A stretch of 64,000 nt of DNA from Gemmatimonadales bacterium (GTDB lineage Bacteria; Gemmatimonadota; Gemmatimonadetes; Gemmatimonadales; GWC2-71-9), in contig JBBCJC010000003.1 of the NCBI GenBank assembly GCA_037189525.1, positions 736,001 through 800,000 of the forward strand, given 5' to 3'. The notes under the pieces are model-generated. The model saw only the letters and a list, made by a program, of their open reading frames with translations. It had not been told where the DNA came from and did no database searches. This document shows, one piece after another, positions 40,280 through 51,096 of this stretch. A program made the translations under genes and the position numbers. Numbering within the stretch: the first letter of the stretch is position 1; every line of letters begins with the position of its first letter.

Positions 40280-42097
40280 TCACGACCCGGCGGGATTGCG
40301 CAGCTGCTCCACGATACGATCGGCCAGTGTGGTCGAGACGCCGGGTACCGTGGCGATTTCCGCGGCCGTCGCGGAACGGATTCCTGCCAAGCTGCCGAAT
40401 CGTTCGATCAGCGCGCGCCGCCTGGAGGCCCCGATGCCGGGGATGCCGAGCAGTTCGGATGTAATGGTGCGCTTGGTGCGCCGCTTCCGATTGTATTCGA
40501 CTCCGAAGCGGTGAGCCTCGTCCCGCGCGCGCTGGAGGAGCTTGAGCCCCGCGTGCCGGCGCGACAAACGCAACGGCTCCTCGACGCCCGGGAGATAAAT
40601 CTCCTCTTCGCGCTTGGCGAGGCCGATGAACGGGATACCGGTCAGGCCGATCGAGTGGGCGGCCGAGAGTGCCGCGCCCAGTTGGCCCTTCCCGCCGTCG
40701 ATGACGACCAGGTCGGGCAGCGGTTTCTGTTCGTCGATCCGGCGCCGGAAGTAGCGGGTGACCACTTCGTGGATCGAGGCGAAGTCGTCCTGCTGCTCGA
40801 TCGTCTTGATCTTGAACTTCCGGTATTCGGCCTTCTTGGGGCGCCCCGCTTCGAACCAGACCAGCGACCCCACCGTATCCCTGCCCTGATTGGTCGAGAT
40901 GTCGATGCAGATCAGCGTCCGCGGCACGGTCGGCAGGCCGAGGGCGCGGCCGAGCGCGTAGACGGGATCGTCGGAGCGTTCGTCGGTTTCGAAGGACTCG
41001 AGCTTGAGACTTTCGAGCAGGTGTCGCGCGTTCTGATCGGCCAGGTCGAGCCAGCGCCGGCCGGTGCCCCGGACCGGCACGCTCAACTCGCCCCCCGCGA
41101 AGACGACTTCGATCTGCTCGAGATCGCCGGGCAGGAACGGCAGCACCACGCGCTTGGTGCGATCGTCGGTGCCGAGATAGTACCTGAGCAGGAAATGCTC
41201 GAGGATCGCGGGATCTTCCTCTTCCTCGAGATTTTCGAGGATGCGATGATCCCGGGCAATCAGCTTCCCTTCGCGAACCTTGAGCAACACGGCCACGGCG
41301 TCGTCGCCATCGCGAGCGTATCCGATCACGTCCGCATCGCCGCCGGCCATCAGATCGACCGAAGTCGGCGTTTCGAGTTGCTCCAGCCATTTGAGGGCGT
41401 CGCGCAAGTCGCGGGCGCGCTCGTAATCTTCGCGCCCGCTGGCCTCGGCCATCATGTCACGCATCCGGCTCCGGACGTCGACGGTCCGTCCTTCGAGGAA
41501 GCGCAGCACCTCGTCGATCATGGCCCGGTAGGCGGCCTGATCCTGCCAGCCGACGCACGGCGCAAGGCAGCGACCGATGTGGTAGTCGAGACACGGACGC
41601 TCGCGCCGCACCAGCGGGATGTCGTCTGCGCAGCTCCGCACCGTGAAGATGCGCCGGATCAGCGACAGCGTTCGCCGCATCTCGCTCACATCGGTGTACG
41701 GCCCGAAGTATCGCGCGCCGGGAATGTCCCGACGCCGAGTCACCAGCACGCGCGGAAACGGTTCGCGAACCGTGACGGCAATCGACGGATAGCTCTTGTC
41801 GTCCTTGAGCCGAACGTTGTAGCGAGGCTGGTGCTCCTTGATGAGATTGTTCTCGAGCAGGAGCGACTGGACTTCGTCGGGAACGACGATGGTCTCGACA
41901 TCGGCGATGTGGCGCAGCAGCAGCTGGGTTTTGGGGCTGTTCGAGTGATCGATACCGAAGTAGCTGCGGACCCGGCTGCGGAGATTCTTGGCTTTGCCGA
42001 CGTAGAGGACGCGCCCGTCCCGATCCTTCCAGAGGTAGACGCCAGGACTGTCAGGAAGGGTATCGAGCCGCCGCTCGAGGGGAGAAGGTCCGCTCAT
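40280..42097 (-). CDS. uvrC: Excinuclease ABC subunit C
   Basis: GIY-YIG (PGVYLW, YVGKAKNLRSRVRSYF), UVR domain, RNase H-like (DIS, DDF, IDGGKGQL), RDEAHRF, HhH. Confidence 0.97.
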   Translation of the reverse strand: MSGPSPLERRLDTLPDSPGVYLWKDRDGRVLYVGKAKNLRSRVRSYFGIDHSNSPKTQLLLRHIADVETIVVPDEVQSLLLENNLIKEHQPRYNVRLKDDKSYPSIAVTVREPFPRVLVTRRRDIPGARYFGPYTDVSEMRRTLSLIRRIFTVRSCADDIPLVRRERPCLDYHIGRCLAPCVGWQDQAAYRAMIDEVLRFLEGRTVDVRSRMRDMMAEASGREDYERARDLRDALKWLEQLETPTSVDLMAGGDADVIGYARDGDDAVAVLLKVREGKLIARDHRILENLEEEEDPAILEHFLLRYYLGTDDRTKRVVLPFLPGDLEQIEVVFAGGELSVPVRGTGRRWLDLADQNARHLLESLKLESFETDERSDDPVYALGRALGLPTVPRTLICIDISTNQGRDTVGSLVWFEAGRPKKAEYRKFKIKTIEQQDDFASIHEVVTRYFRRRIDEQKPLPDLVVIDGGKGQLGAALSAAHSIGLTGIPFIGLAKREEEIYLPGVEEPLRLSRRHAGLKLLQRARDEAHRFGVEYNRKRRTKRTITSELLGIPGIGASRRRALIERFGSLAGIRSATAAEIATVPGVSTTLADRIVEQLRNPAGS

Positions 42098-43674
42098 CCT
42101 CTCGGTCCGAAACGCTGTCGGATTGCGGTCACCGTCGGTACGCCGAACATCATCGTCAACACGATGTAGAGTAGTCCATATAGCCCGAGCACCGCCAGAT
42201 CGACGATCCAGCCGTGTTCGATCGACGACAGAACCAGCCATCCGGCCGCGGCCGCGAGTATGGCGGATGCCCACAATCGCGCCAGCCGAGGCCAGTCGGT
42301 GGCAACGACACCGACCTGCCGGCTCAGCGAGCGGCGCAGCAGGCTGAATTCGACCCACCCCGCGATGCCCGATCCCAGGGTCAGTCCCGCGGTACCCCAG
42401 TGGGCTGGGACGCCCAGCACGATCGGAAGGCTCCACGCGGCCGCGACACCCAGAACAATACCGGTGGCAACCCGGGCGACGGCACAACGGAACGGCGTTC
42501 GGGTATCGCCCAGGGCAAAGTGGGCTGAGGCGTAGAGGCGTCCGAGCGTCGCCGCCAGGAGACCCACCGTGGCTCCGGCGAGAGTGCCCCAGACCCAGAG
42601 TGTGTCCTCACGCGTGAAAGCGCCGCTGCGCAGCACGATCCCGGCGATCAGGTGACCGAACGCGAGGAACGCGACCACCGAGGGGATGATGAAAAACGCT
42701 ACGTGGCCGGAAGCCAGACTGACCCGTTGTCGCAGCGCAGCAGCGCGGGCGCCAGTGGGATCGGGACGATCGTGCCCCGCCGCTTCCGATAGTTCCGGAA
42801 GCTCCGCAGCGGCGACCGACATTCCGAACAGACTGACCGGCAGCGTGTACAGGAGCTGCGCGTTAGTCAGCGCCGCCACCGAGCCCAGTGGGAGAAAACT
42901 CGCAACCATGCCGTCGACGAAGGTGCTGACCTGCACCACGCCACGGCCGAGCGCCGCAGGGACGAAGTTGCGAAGGACCCGGTCGACGCCGGGCGCACCG
43001 CGATCGAGCGAGAGCCGGATACCGCCCAGGAGCCGCCAGACACGCGGCACCTGTATCAGCAGCTGCACCAGACTGCCGACGGCCGCTCCCCATGCCGTCC
43101 AGATAACCAGACGGTCGGGGTCGGTTTCCTGAGTAGCGCCCCAGAGCGTCGCCACGATGATGGCGGCATTCCATCCGACCGGAGCGGCGTAGGACAGGAA
43201 GAACTTGCGGTGGCTGTTGAGGATGCCCAGACACCAGGCCGACATGGTCAGCAAGCCGACGCCGGGCAGGATGATGCGCACCAGGCGAATGGCGAGATCC
43301 CGCCGGTCGCCGGCAAATCCGGGAACCAGGAGGTCGATGACGGCCGGGGCCGCCAGCACGCCTAACGCGACGACAGCCGTAACGACCAGTGTGAGCAGGC
43401 CCGCAATGGCTCCGGCCAGGCGATGAGCCTCCTCTTGTCGTCCCGCTGCTCGGAGCTTGGTGTACTCGGGTATCAGCGACGCCGAGAGCGCCCCTTCTCC
43501 GAAGAGGTTCTGGAGAAGATTGGGAATCCGGAATGCGGCGGCCAGAGCATCGGCCGCGGCGGTGGCCTGGCCAAACTGGTGCGCGATGACCCGCTGGCGT
43601 ACCAGGCCGGCAAGGCGGCTGGTCAAAATTCCGGCAGCGACGAACGCCGCTGCACTGCGGCGCGGCGCGCTCAG
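42094..43674 (-). CDS. murJ: Lipid II flippase MurJ
   Basis: SRLAGLVR, AAFRIPNLLQNLFGEGALSA, QLLYTLPVSLFGMSV, ALGDTRTP; start probably CTG 43674 (first ATG/GTG/TTG is TTG 43626). Confidence 0.9.
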   Translation of the reverse strand: MSAPRRSAAAFVAAGILTSRLAGLVRQRVIAHQFGQATAAADALAAAFRIPNLLQNLFGEGALSASLIPEYTKLRAAGRQEEAHRLAGAIAGLLTLVVTAVVALGVLAAPAVIDLLVPGFAGDRRDLAIRLVRIILPGVGLLTMSAWCLGILNSHRKFFLSYAAPVGWNAAIIVATLWGATQETDPDRLVIWTAWGAAVGSLVQLLIQVPRVWRLLGGIRLSLDRGAPGVDRVLRNFVPAALGRGVVQVSTFVDGMVASFLPLGSVAALTNAQLLYTLPVSLFGMSVAAAELPELSEAAGHDRPDPTGARAAALRQRVSLASGHVAFFIIPSVVAFLAFGHLIAGIVLRSGAFTREDTLWVWGTLAGATVGLLAATLGRLYASAHFALGDTRTPFRCAVARVATGIVLGVAAAWSLPIVLGVPAHWGTAGLTLGSGIAGWVEFSLLRRSLSRQVGVVATDWPRLARLWASAILAAAAGWLVLSSIEHGWIVDLAVLGLYGLLYIVLTMMFGVPTVTAIRQRFGPRG

Positions 43675-43949
43675 GTGTCGGACGGGGGCGGAAGGGTTGG
43701 ACCGCGCGGCGATTCGAGCAGCTGCTGCAGGAAGCGGTTCTCGTCCCGCAACGACTCGACCGAGCGCTGGAGATCGCCGACCTCGGACTCCAGGATTTCG
43801 ACCCGCTTGAGCAGATGATCCACCTGGGGCGGGTTGACGGCGGGTCCTTCGAGACGTCGCGCAATCGCCCGCCCGATCGGCGAGTCGACCAGTACGACGA
43901 TGATGGGAATCATCAGCGCCGCCAATACGATCAAGCCGAGTAGTGCCAT
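43671..43949 (-). CDS. Small hypothetical membrane protein (TM + coiled coil)
   Basis: 92 aa, hydrophobic N-terminus, DSPIGRAIARRLEG, heptad-rich C-terminal half; fills the bshC-murJ gap. Confidence 0.75.
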   Translation of the reverse strand: MALLGLIVLAALMIPIIVVLVDSPIGRAIARRLEGPAVNPPQVDHLLKRVEILESEVGDLQRSVESLRDENRFLQQLLESPRGPTLPPPSDT

Positions 43950-43958
43950 GTGTCGAGT

Positions 43959-45479
43959 CTAGGGGGTGGCGGTGCCGGCTTCAAGGGCGGCGTCATAGTG
44001 CGCGTCGATATGGGACGCAAGTTTTGCCAGCAACGCAGCGCCGCCGTATCGCCCGCCGAATGCCGGAAACCCGAGGACGCGCTCCTGCGGTTCGCTGTCG
44101 GGCCGCACCGCACTCCGCGCCCGATCCAGCTGGCCCACCAGCTCGCCCTGACGCCGCTTCTGGGCCTGGAGAAGCCGCTTCTCCAGGTCACCCACCTGGC
44201 CGATGGCGGAGTTCTGTCCCGATTGCACCGGCTTTTCCAGGGTCACGTCGATCTGTCGCGCCACGGCCGCAATGCGCTCGAACCCCGCCGCAATTGCCTC
44301 CCGCATCGCGGCGAACGCCGGGTCGAAATCGTCGGGAGAAAGGCTTTTGAGGACCCGATGCTCGAGGGTGCTGTCGCCGTCGATCAGATCGGCCACCGCC
44401 AGGCCGAACTTGTCGGCTGCCCGGTTGACGCGCGGCTCGATCAGCACGCCGGACCATCGCGGAACCGGAATCTGCCGATGCGCGCCAAGCGATGAGTAGA
44501 GAACCTCTGCCAGGCGGAGATACCGGAGTTCTCCCGGACCGCCGACATAGGCTACGGTGGGCAGCAGCACGCTTTCCATGACGGGCCTGAGCAGCACGTT
44601 CGGCGAGAACCGTTCGGGCTCGGTCCGCGCCAGCGCGTCCAGGTCCGCTTCGCTGTAGCGCTCACCGCTCCGCCGCGCGATTAGCGTATCGCCTTCCCGC
44701 CGGAGCCGGTCGCGCCCCCCTGCCCCTTCGACGAATACCAGCGTGGCGCCGTCGCCGACTTTGACGGAGACGGGCTGGCCGGCAGCCTCGAGCTGTTCTG
44801 CCCGGCTGGCGAGTATGGCATCCAACTCATCGGAGCGCCGCACGGCCTCCAGGAGGAACGGCGTGGCTGCGCGTTTCACCTCGGGCGCGGACGCATCGAG
44901 ACACACGATTCCGTACGGATCGAGCAATTCGGCCAACGCCGTCCCGAAGGCGCGTCCGAGCGACTGGTCGGTCCGATAGTGGCGGCGGAGCCAGGTCAGG
45001 ATTTCGTCGCGCGATGGGCTCGCGGGTAACGACCGCTCGAGTTCGTCCAGCCAGCCCGATACCGACGCCGGAACCGGTTCCCGAGCCAGCGGACGGAGAG
45101 GGGCGTCGGGATCCCGCGGATCGAGCGTCGCCCGAACCAGCGCGCCGTCGAGCCCGAACCACGCCGCCGTCGAGCCCTCCGCAAAATCATGATCGTCGCC
45201 GGCGACCCAGAACACCGGAACGACCGGCCGTTGCCAGCGGCGTTCGAGTGCCGCAGCCAGCGATCGCGCCGACAGAGCTTTGTAGATGGTGTAGAGCGGT
45301 CCGGTAAAAAGACCGGGTTGCTGTCCGGTGGTCACGACGAGCGCGCCGTCCGCCAGCTTGGCACGGGCCGCGGCTGCGCCCGGCAGCAACGCGCCTTCCA
45401 GTGCGGGGTTCCATCCGCCGGCGCGAGGTTCCGGAATGGCGGGACATCCGGCCAGCGGTGTATCGACGATCGAAATCAT
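43959..45479 (-). CDS. bshC: Bacillithiol biosynthesis cysteine-adding enzyme
   Basis: VTTGQQPGLFTGPLYTIYK, VFWVAGDDHDFAE, FSPNVLLRP, YVGGPGELRY, PQERVL; start uncertain. Confidence 0.9.
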   Translation of the reverse strand: MISIVDTPLAGCPAIPEPRAGGWNPALEGALLPGAAAARAKLADGALVVTTGQQPGLFTGPLYTIYKALSARSLAAALERRWQRPVVPVFWVAGDDHDFAEGSTAAWFGLDGALVRATLDPRDPDAPLRPLAREPVPASVSGWLDELERSLPASPSRDEILTWLRRHYRTDQSLGRAFGTALAELLDPYGIVCLDASAPEVKRAATPFLLEAVRRSDELDAILASRAEQLEAAGQPVSVKVGDGATLVFVEGAGGRDRLRREGDTLIARRSGERYSEADLDALARTEPERFSPNVLLRPVMESVLLPTVAYVGGPGELRYLRLAEVLYSSLGAHRQIPVPRWSGVLIEPRVNRAADKFGLAVADLIDGDSTLEHRVLKSLSPDDFDPAFAAMREAIAAGFERIAAVARQIDVTLEKPVQSGQNSAIGQVGDLEKRLLQAQKRRQGELVGQLDRARSAVRPDSEPQERVLGFPAFGGRYGGAALLAKLASHIDAHYDAALEAGTATP

Positions 45480-45551
45480 GGGTCCGTCTGCAGAATTGTA
45501 GGGCGCCGCGAGGCGCGGCCCGATGGCCGACACCGTACGGCACCCGTCGAG

Positions 45552-46010
45552 CTATTTGTGATACGGCATTCCGTGGAGAATAGTCAGGGCTCGATACCAT
45601 TGCTCCACGACCACGACACGCGCCAGTTCGTGCGGCAGCGTGAGCGGTCCCAGGCTCCATCGCGCGTCGGCGCGGGCGACGACCGATTCGTCCACGCCGG
45701 TCGACCCTCCGATGACGAGGGCCAGAGTCCGGTGCTGCTGACGCCAGCGATCGAGCTGCGCGGCGAGCGCCGTACTCGACCAGGCCGTGCCGGTCCGATC
45801 GAGGACGATAACGGCGGCACGATCGGGAATCGCCTCGATCATCCGCCGCCCTTCGGCCCGGCGCTGCTCCTCGGCGCTGGCCGAGGCGGGCCCTTCCCGG
45901 ATTTCACGTTCTTCGACCTCGCCGAAGCGTCGGAGGCGTGCGAGATAATCGTCGCACGCCTCACGAAACGCCGGGCGCAACTTCCCGACGGCAATCAGGT
46001 GCGTGACCAC
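45552..46010 (-). CDS. rlmH: 23S rRNA (pseudouridine1915-N3)-methyltransferase
   Basis: LIAVGK, IGGSTG, SLGPLTLPHELARVVVVEQWYRA, PYHK. Confidence 0.93.
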   Translation of the reverse strand: MVTHLIAVGKLRPAFREACDDYLARLRRFGEVEEREIREGPASASAEEQRRAEGRRMIEAIPDRAAVIVLDRTGTAWSSTALAAQLDRWRQQHRTLALVIGGSTGVDESVVARADARWSLGPLTLPHELARVVVVEQWYRALTILHGMPYHK

Positions 46011-46025
46011 CGCCGGGCCTTACTG

Positions 46026-47324
<1,299 letters not shown>

Positions 47325-47370
47325 CGGTAACGATCTCCAAAAGGTTGAGTCACAACAAGGAGCGCTAAAA

Positions 47371-48414
47371 CTAATCGGCTCCCGAAGTGCGGAGGAGGCC
47401 ATCCAGCCGGGCTTCGAATTCGGCTTGCCCGTCTTCCCACTGCACTTCGAGTTCCGCAACGAGCGGCTCCGGAATACTGGCCGGCCAGCGATCGCGTAAC
47501 TTGACGGCGTCTTTCTCCGTCAGAATCACGAAATCCGCTTTGCGCGCCGCGCGGGCCAGCCAGGCAACGTCTTCATCGCGAAAATCGTGATGATCGCGCC
47601 AGGTGGCCGGCTGGACCTGCGCACCGGTCGCCTTGGTTTGGGCGATGAATGCTTCCGGATTGGCAATGGCCGACGCCGCCACGACCCGGCGGCCGGCCAG
47701 TTCCGACCGGGCCAGCACCCGCCCCGACACCATACCCCGATACTGCGCCACACCCAGATGCACGATGCCGACCGGGCCATCGATCATGGCCCCGAACTCG
47801 CGCGCCACCTGCGCTGCCGTTGCCGCATCCGCCCGTTTCCTGGTCACGATGATGCAATCGGCACGCCGCGCTCCGGCAGGCGGTTCCCGCCACGGGCCGG
47901 CCGGGAGGCACCATCGGACCGCGCGGGCCGATTCGGCCGCCACGAGCAGGACATTGAGGTCGCGCCAGACATCGCGCCGCTGGAAGGCATCGTCCAAAAT
48001 CAGCACTTCGGCACCCCGGGCCGCGGCCAGTTCGGCGCCCCGGACCCGGTCGGCGTCGGCCACGACGACGGCCTCGGGAACGGTGCGCTGATGGACCAGG
48101 ACCTCGTCGTGTCCGTACCCGCGCAGGAGAATGCCCGGAATACGGCCCTGGCGGGCCCACCGGGCCGCGATCCACCCCGCGATGGGGGTTTTACCCGATC
48201 CCCCCACCGTGAGGTTGCCTACGGCCACCGTCGGGAGGGGCATGTCCCGGGTCGGAAGCCAGCCCCGGTCGAACGCCAGGTTGCGGACGCTGGCCCCCGC
48301 CCGCCAAAGTCCGGCAAGGGGCACCAGACCTGCCCGGACCAGCCGGGCGTCGATCCGCCGGCTGGTCCAGAGCCATCGGATCAGCCGATGGCTGTCGCCA
48401 CGTCGCGCTGCCAT
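47371..48414 (-). CDS. lpxK: Tetraacyldisaccharide 4'-kinase
   Basis: [43 protein letters not shown]; start uncertain. Confidence 0.9.
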   Translation of the reverse strand: MAARRGDSHRLIRWLWTSRRIDARLVRAGLVPLAGLWRAGASVRNLAFDRGWLPTRDMPLPTVAVGNLTVGGSGKTPIAGWIAARWARQGRIPGILLRGYGHDEVLVHQRTVPEAVVVADADRVRGAELAAARGAEVLILDDAFQRRDVWRDLNVLLVAAESARAVRWCLPAGPWREPPAGARRADCIIVTRKRADAATAAQVAREFGAMIDGPVGIVHLGVAQYRGMVSGRVLARSELAGRRVVAASAIANPEAFIAQTKATGAQVQPATWRDHHDFRDEDVAWLARAARKADFVILTEKDAVKLRDRWPASIPEPLVAELEVQWEDGQAEFEARLDGLLRTSGAD

Positions 48415-49040
48415 GCGATCTCCGTTTCGATCGTGCTCAATGCCGTCACGGCCCGCCGAGCGGCCAGGTCGGAGGCGTCGGGACCCGATCCGACCTCGAA
48501 GGGTTTGCCGTAGCCGATCCGGACACGGGCCGCCAGCTTGGGAACGACGAAGCGGTCCCAGGAGGACAGCCGGATGGCCCGGTCGACTTCGGCGTGGATC
48601 GGAAGGATGGGAACCGCCGCCTTGGCGGCGGCCGCGAGGATTCCGGGTTTGAGTTCGCGGCGGGGCCCCCGGGGGCCGTCGGGCGTGAAGGCAACCGGGA
48701 TGCCCGATTCCAGCGCCTTGATGGCGCCGACCAGAGCGCGCACCCCTCCCCGGGTACTCGATCCGTAGAGGCAACGATAGCCCAGCCGCTCGGCGTACGC
48801 GGCCAGATAGCGTCCGTCGTTGGCCTCGCTCACAACGATGGCAATGCCCTGATGCCGGTGATGCCAGAGCAGCGGCAAGAGCACCTCGTGCCAAAGCAGG
48901 AAGATGAACGGCCGCCCGGCGGTCCGCAGTGCGCGCCAAGCGTCGTCGCCGCGGGCGTCGATCCGCCAGGTCCGCGCCAGGGTGGACACCAGCGGGCCGA
49001 CGAGGCGTGCCGTCGACGCGGGCGACAGGCGCCACTTCAT
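48381..49040 (-). CDS. DUF374 lysophospholipid acyltransferase family (LpxJ-like)
   Basis: LWH, SEANDG, GSSTRGG, FTPDGPRGP, SWDRFVVP; located between lpxB and lpxK. Confidence 0.82.
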   Translation of the reverse strand: MKWRLSPASTARLVGPLVSTLARTWRIDARGDDAWRALRTAGRPFIFLLWHEVLLPLLWHHRHQGIAIVVSEANDGRYLAAYAERLGYRCLYGSSTRGGVRALVGAIKALESGIPVAFTPDGPRGPRRELKPGILAAAAKAAVPILPIHAEVDRAIRLSSWDRFVVPKLAARVRIGYGKPFEVGSGPDASDLAARRAVTALSTIETEIAWQRDVATAIG

Positions 49041-50146
49041 ACCAGAAAGGTCGACGCCAGCTCCGCAACCCGCTCGGCGGCGCCGGGGCCTCCCAACAGT
49101 TCCCGAACGGCGGCCAGATCCGCCCGCTGCGCAACCGTTTCTTTGGCGGCGGGGTCGAGGAGCGGGCGCACTGCGTCGGCCAGCCGCTCGGCGGTTACCT
49201 CCCCCTGCACCAGTTCGGTCACCGCCGCGCGATTGGCGATCAGGTTTGGCAGGCTGATCCATCGGACCCGCATGATCCGCCGCGCGAGCCACCCAGTAAA
49301 CGGGTGAACGCGATAGGCCACCACCATCGGGGTATCCGTCAGCGCCGCCTCCAGCGTCGTGGTGCCCGACTTGGCAATTACGGCGTCGGCGGCGGCCAGC
49401 ACCAGCATCGGATCGACGTCGACGAGTTCGAGGCCGCCTGCCTCGGGATAGTCGCCGACGCCGACGGTTGCGACCAGCACGCGATCGACCTGGCCTTCTG
49501 CGAGCAGCCGGGTGCCCGCATCGCGAAAGGGCGCCCAGTGGCGGGCCAGCTCCTGTCGTCGGCTGCCGGGAAAGAGACTGAGCACCCGGGCATCGGACGG
49601 GAGACCAAGCGCCGCGCGGGCCTCCGCGCGGGTCGGAACCCTCGCGCGATCGGCCAGCGGATGACCAACATACTCGGCCGGCAGACCAAGCTTGGTGAAG
49701 AACGGCGCTTCGAAGGGAAAAATCACGGCAAAGCGATCGACCGCTTTCCGAAACCGCGCCGCGCGATCGGCGCCCCAGGCCCAGAGTTGCGGCGCGACAT
49801 AGTACAGCACCGGTACCTGCGCGGCTTGCGCCGCTTCGGCCACGCGCAGATTGAAGCCGGGATAGTCGATCGGGATGACCAGCCGGTAGCGGCCGCCCTT
49901 GAGATCGCGGCGGAGATCGCCCAGGAGCCGGGCGTGCGCGGGAATCTTCGACACGATCTCGGCAAACCCCATGACCGTGTACCGCTCCATCGGCCAGCGG
50001 ATCCGGGCGCCCGCGGCAGCCATGGCCGGCCCTCCGAACGCCTCGATCTCAACCTCGGGCATCCGCGCCTTGAGGGCCCGTACCACCGCCGCGCCATGCA
50101 GATCGCCCGAGGGCTCGCCCGCCGAAAGAAAGATACGGTCCGTCAC
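49037..50146 (-). CDS. lpxB: Lipid-A-disaccharide synthase
   Basis: SAGEPSGDLHGA, IDYPGFN, YVAPQLWAW, FPFE, VGHPL, PGSR, SGTTTLE, ISLPNL. Confidence 0.95.
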   Translation of the reverse strand: MTDRIFLSAGEPSGDLHGAAVVRALKARMPEVEIEAFGGPAMAAAGARIRWPMERYTVMGFAEIVSKIPAHARLLGDLRRDLKGGRYRLVIPIDYPGFNLRVAEAAQAAQVPVLYYVAPQLWAWGADRAARFRKAVDRFAVIFPFEAPFFTKLGLPAEYVGHPLADRARVPTRAEARAALGLPSDARVLSLFPGSRRQELARHWAPFRDAGTRLLAEGQVDRVLVATVGVGDYPEAGGLELVDVDPMLVLAAADAVIAKSGTTTLEAALTDTPMVVAYRVHPFTGWLARRIMRVRWISLPNLIANRAAVTELVQGEVTAERLADAVRPLLDPAAKETVAQRADLAAVRELLGGPGAAERVAELASTFLV

Positions 50147-51096
50147 CCCGGCCTGACCGCTTCGCCGACGCGGAGCGCCAATTCGAGGGCTGCCCGTCCT
50201 TCGGCCCCGCTCACGACCACCGCCTGCTCGCCGCGGACCGATCGGACGAAACTGCGGATTTCCTCGCCCAGGGCATCCTGCTCCGGCGCATCCAGGGGAA
50301 TCACTTCGACGATCTCCTCCAGATTGAGCGCTCCATTGGCCGGACGATCGCTGCGCAGCCGCATGAACACGCCGGTTCCGGCCGCCAGATCGAGCGAAAA
50401 ATAACCGTTCGGCTGGAAGAGGCGCAGCTTGCGGACCCGCTCCCGCGCCACGCGCGAGGCCGTGATATTGGCCACGGCGCCGGACCCGAATTCGACCCGC
50501 GAGTTGACGATGTCGACGTGCGGTGTCAGCACGGCCACCCCGCTCGCCCGCACCTCCACCGCCGGCGACCCGCGACTCAAGTGCAGCACCAGATCGAGGT
50601 CGTGGATCATCAGATCGAGGATCACGGCGACGTCCGTTCCGCGAGGCTGGAAAGGCGCCAGCCGAGTGCTCTCGAAGTACCGGATCTCTCCCAGATAGGG
50701 TTCGGCGGCCCGGACCGCCCGATTGAACCGCTCGATGTGGCCGACGTACAGCGGAGCGCCGAACCGGGCGGAGGCGGCCAGCAGCGCATCGGCTTCGTCG
50801 AGCGACGTCGCCAGCGGCTTTTCCATCAGCACCGCGCGTCCACGCGCGAGCGCGCGCAACCCGACGGTGACGTGATCCGGCGTTGGGACCGCCACGGTTA
50901 CGGCTTCGACCCGATCGAGCAGCGCATCCAGGTCTGGATAGAACGTCGTCCCGTTAACCTCGGCGGTGTCACGACCGCGCGACGGATCGGTATCATGCAC
51001 GCCCACCAGCTCCGCATCCGGCAGCTGCGCAAGGTGTCTGGCATGATGACGGCCCAGAGCCCCGACGCCGATCACGCCAACGGGCAGGCGTTGCAT
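50143..51096 (-). CDS. Gfo/Idh/MocA oxidoreductase (possible GnnA)
   Basis: GVIGVGALG, EKPLA, VGHIERFN, DLMIHDLD, ASRV; located between lpxA and lpxB. Confidence 0.85.
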   Translation of the reverse strand: MQRLPVGVIGVGALGRHHARHLAQLPDAELVGVHDTDPSRGRDTAEVNGTTFYPDLDALLDRVEAVTVAVPTPDHVTVGLRALARGRAVLMEKPLATSLDEADALLAASARFGAPLYVGHIERFNRAVRAAEPYLGEIRYFESTRLAPFQPRGTDVAVILDLMIHDLDLVLHLSRGSPAVEVRASGVAVLTPHVDIVNSRVEFGSGAVANITASRVARERVRKLRLFQPNGYFSLDLAAGTGVFMRLRSDRPANGALNLEEIVEVIPLDAPEQDALGEEIRSFVRSVRGEQAVVVSGAEGRAALELALRVGEAVRPG

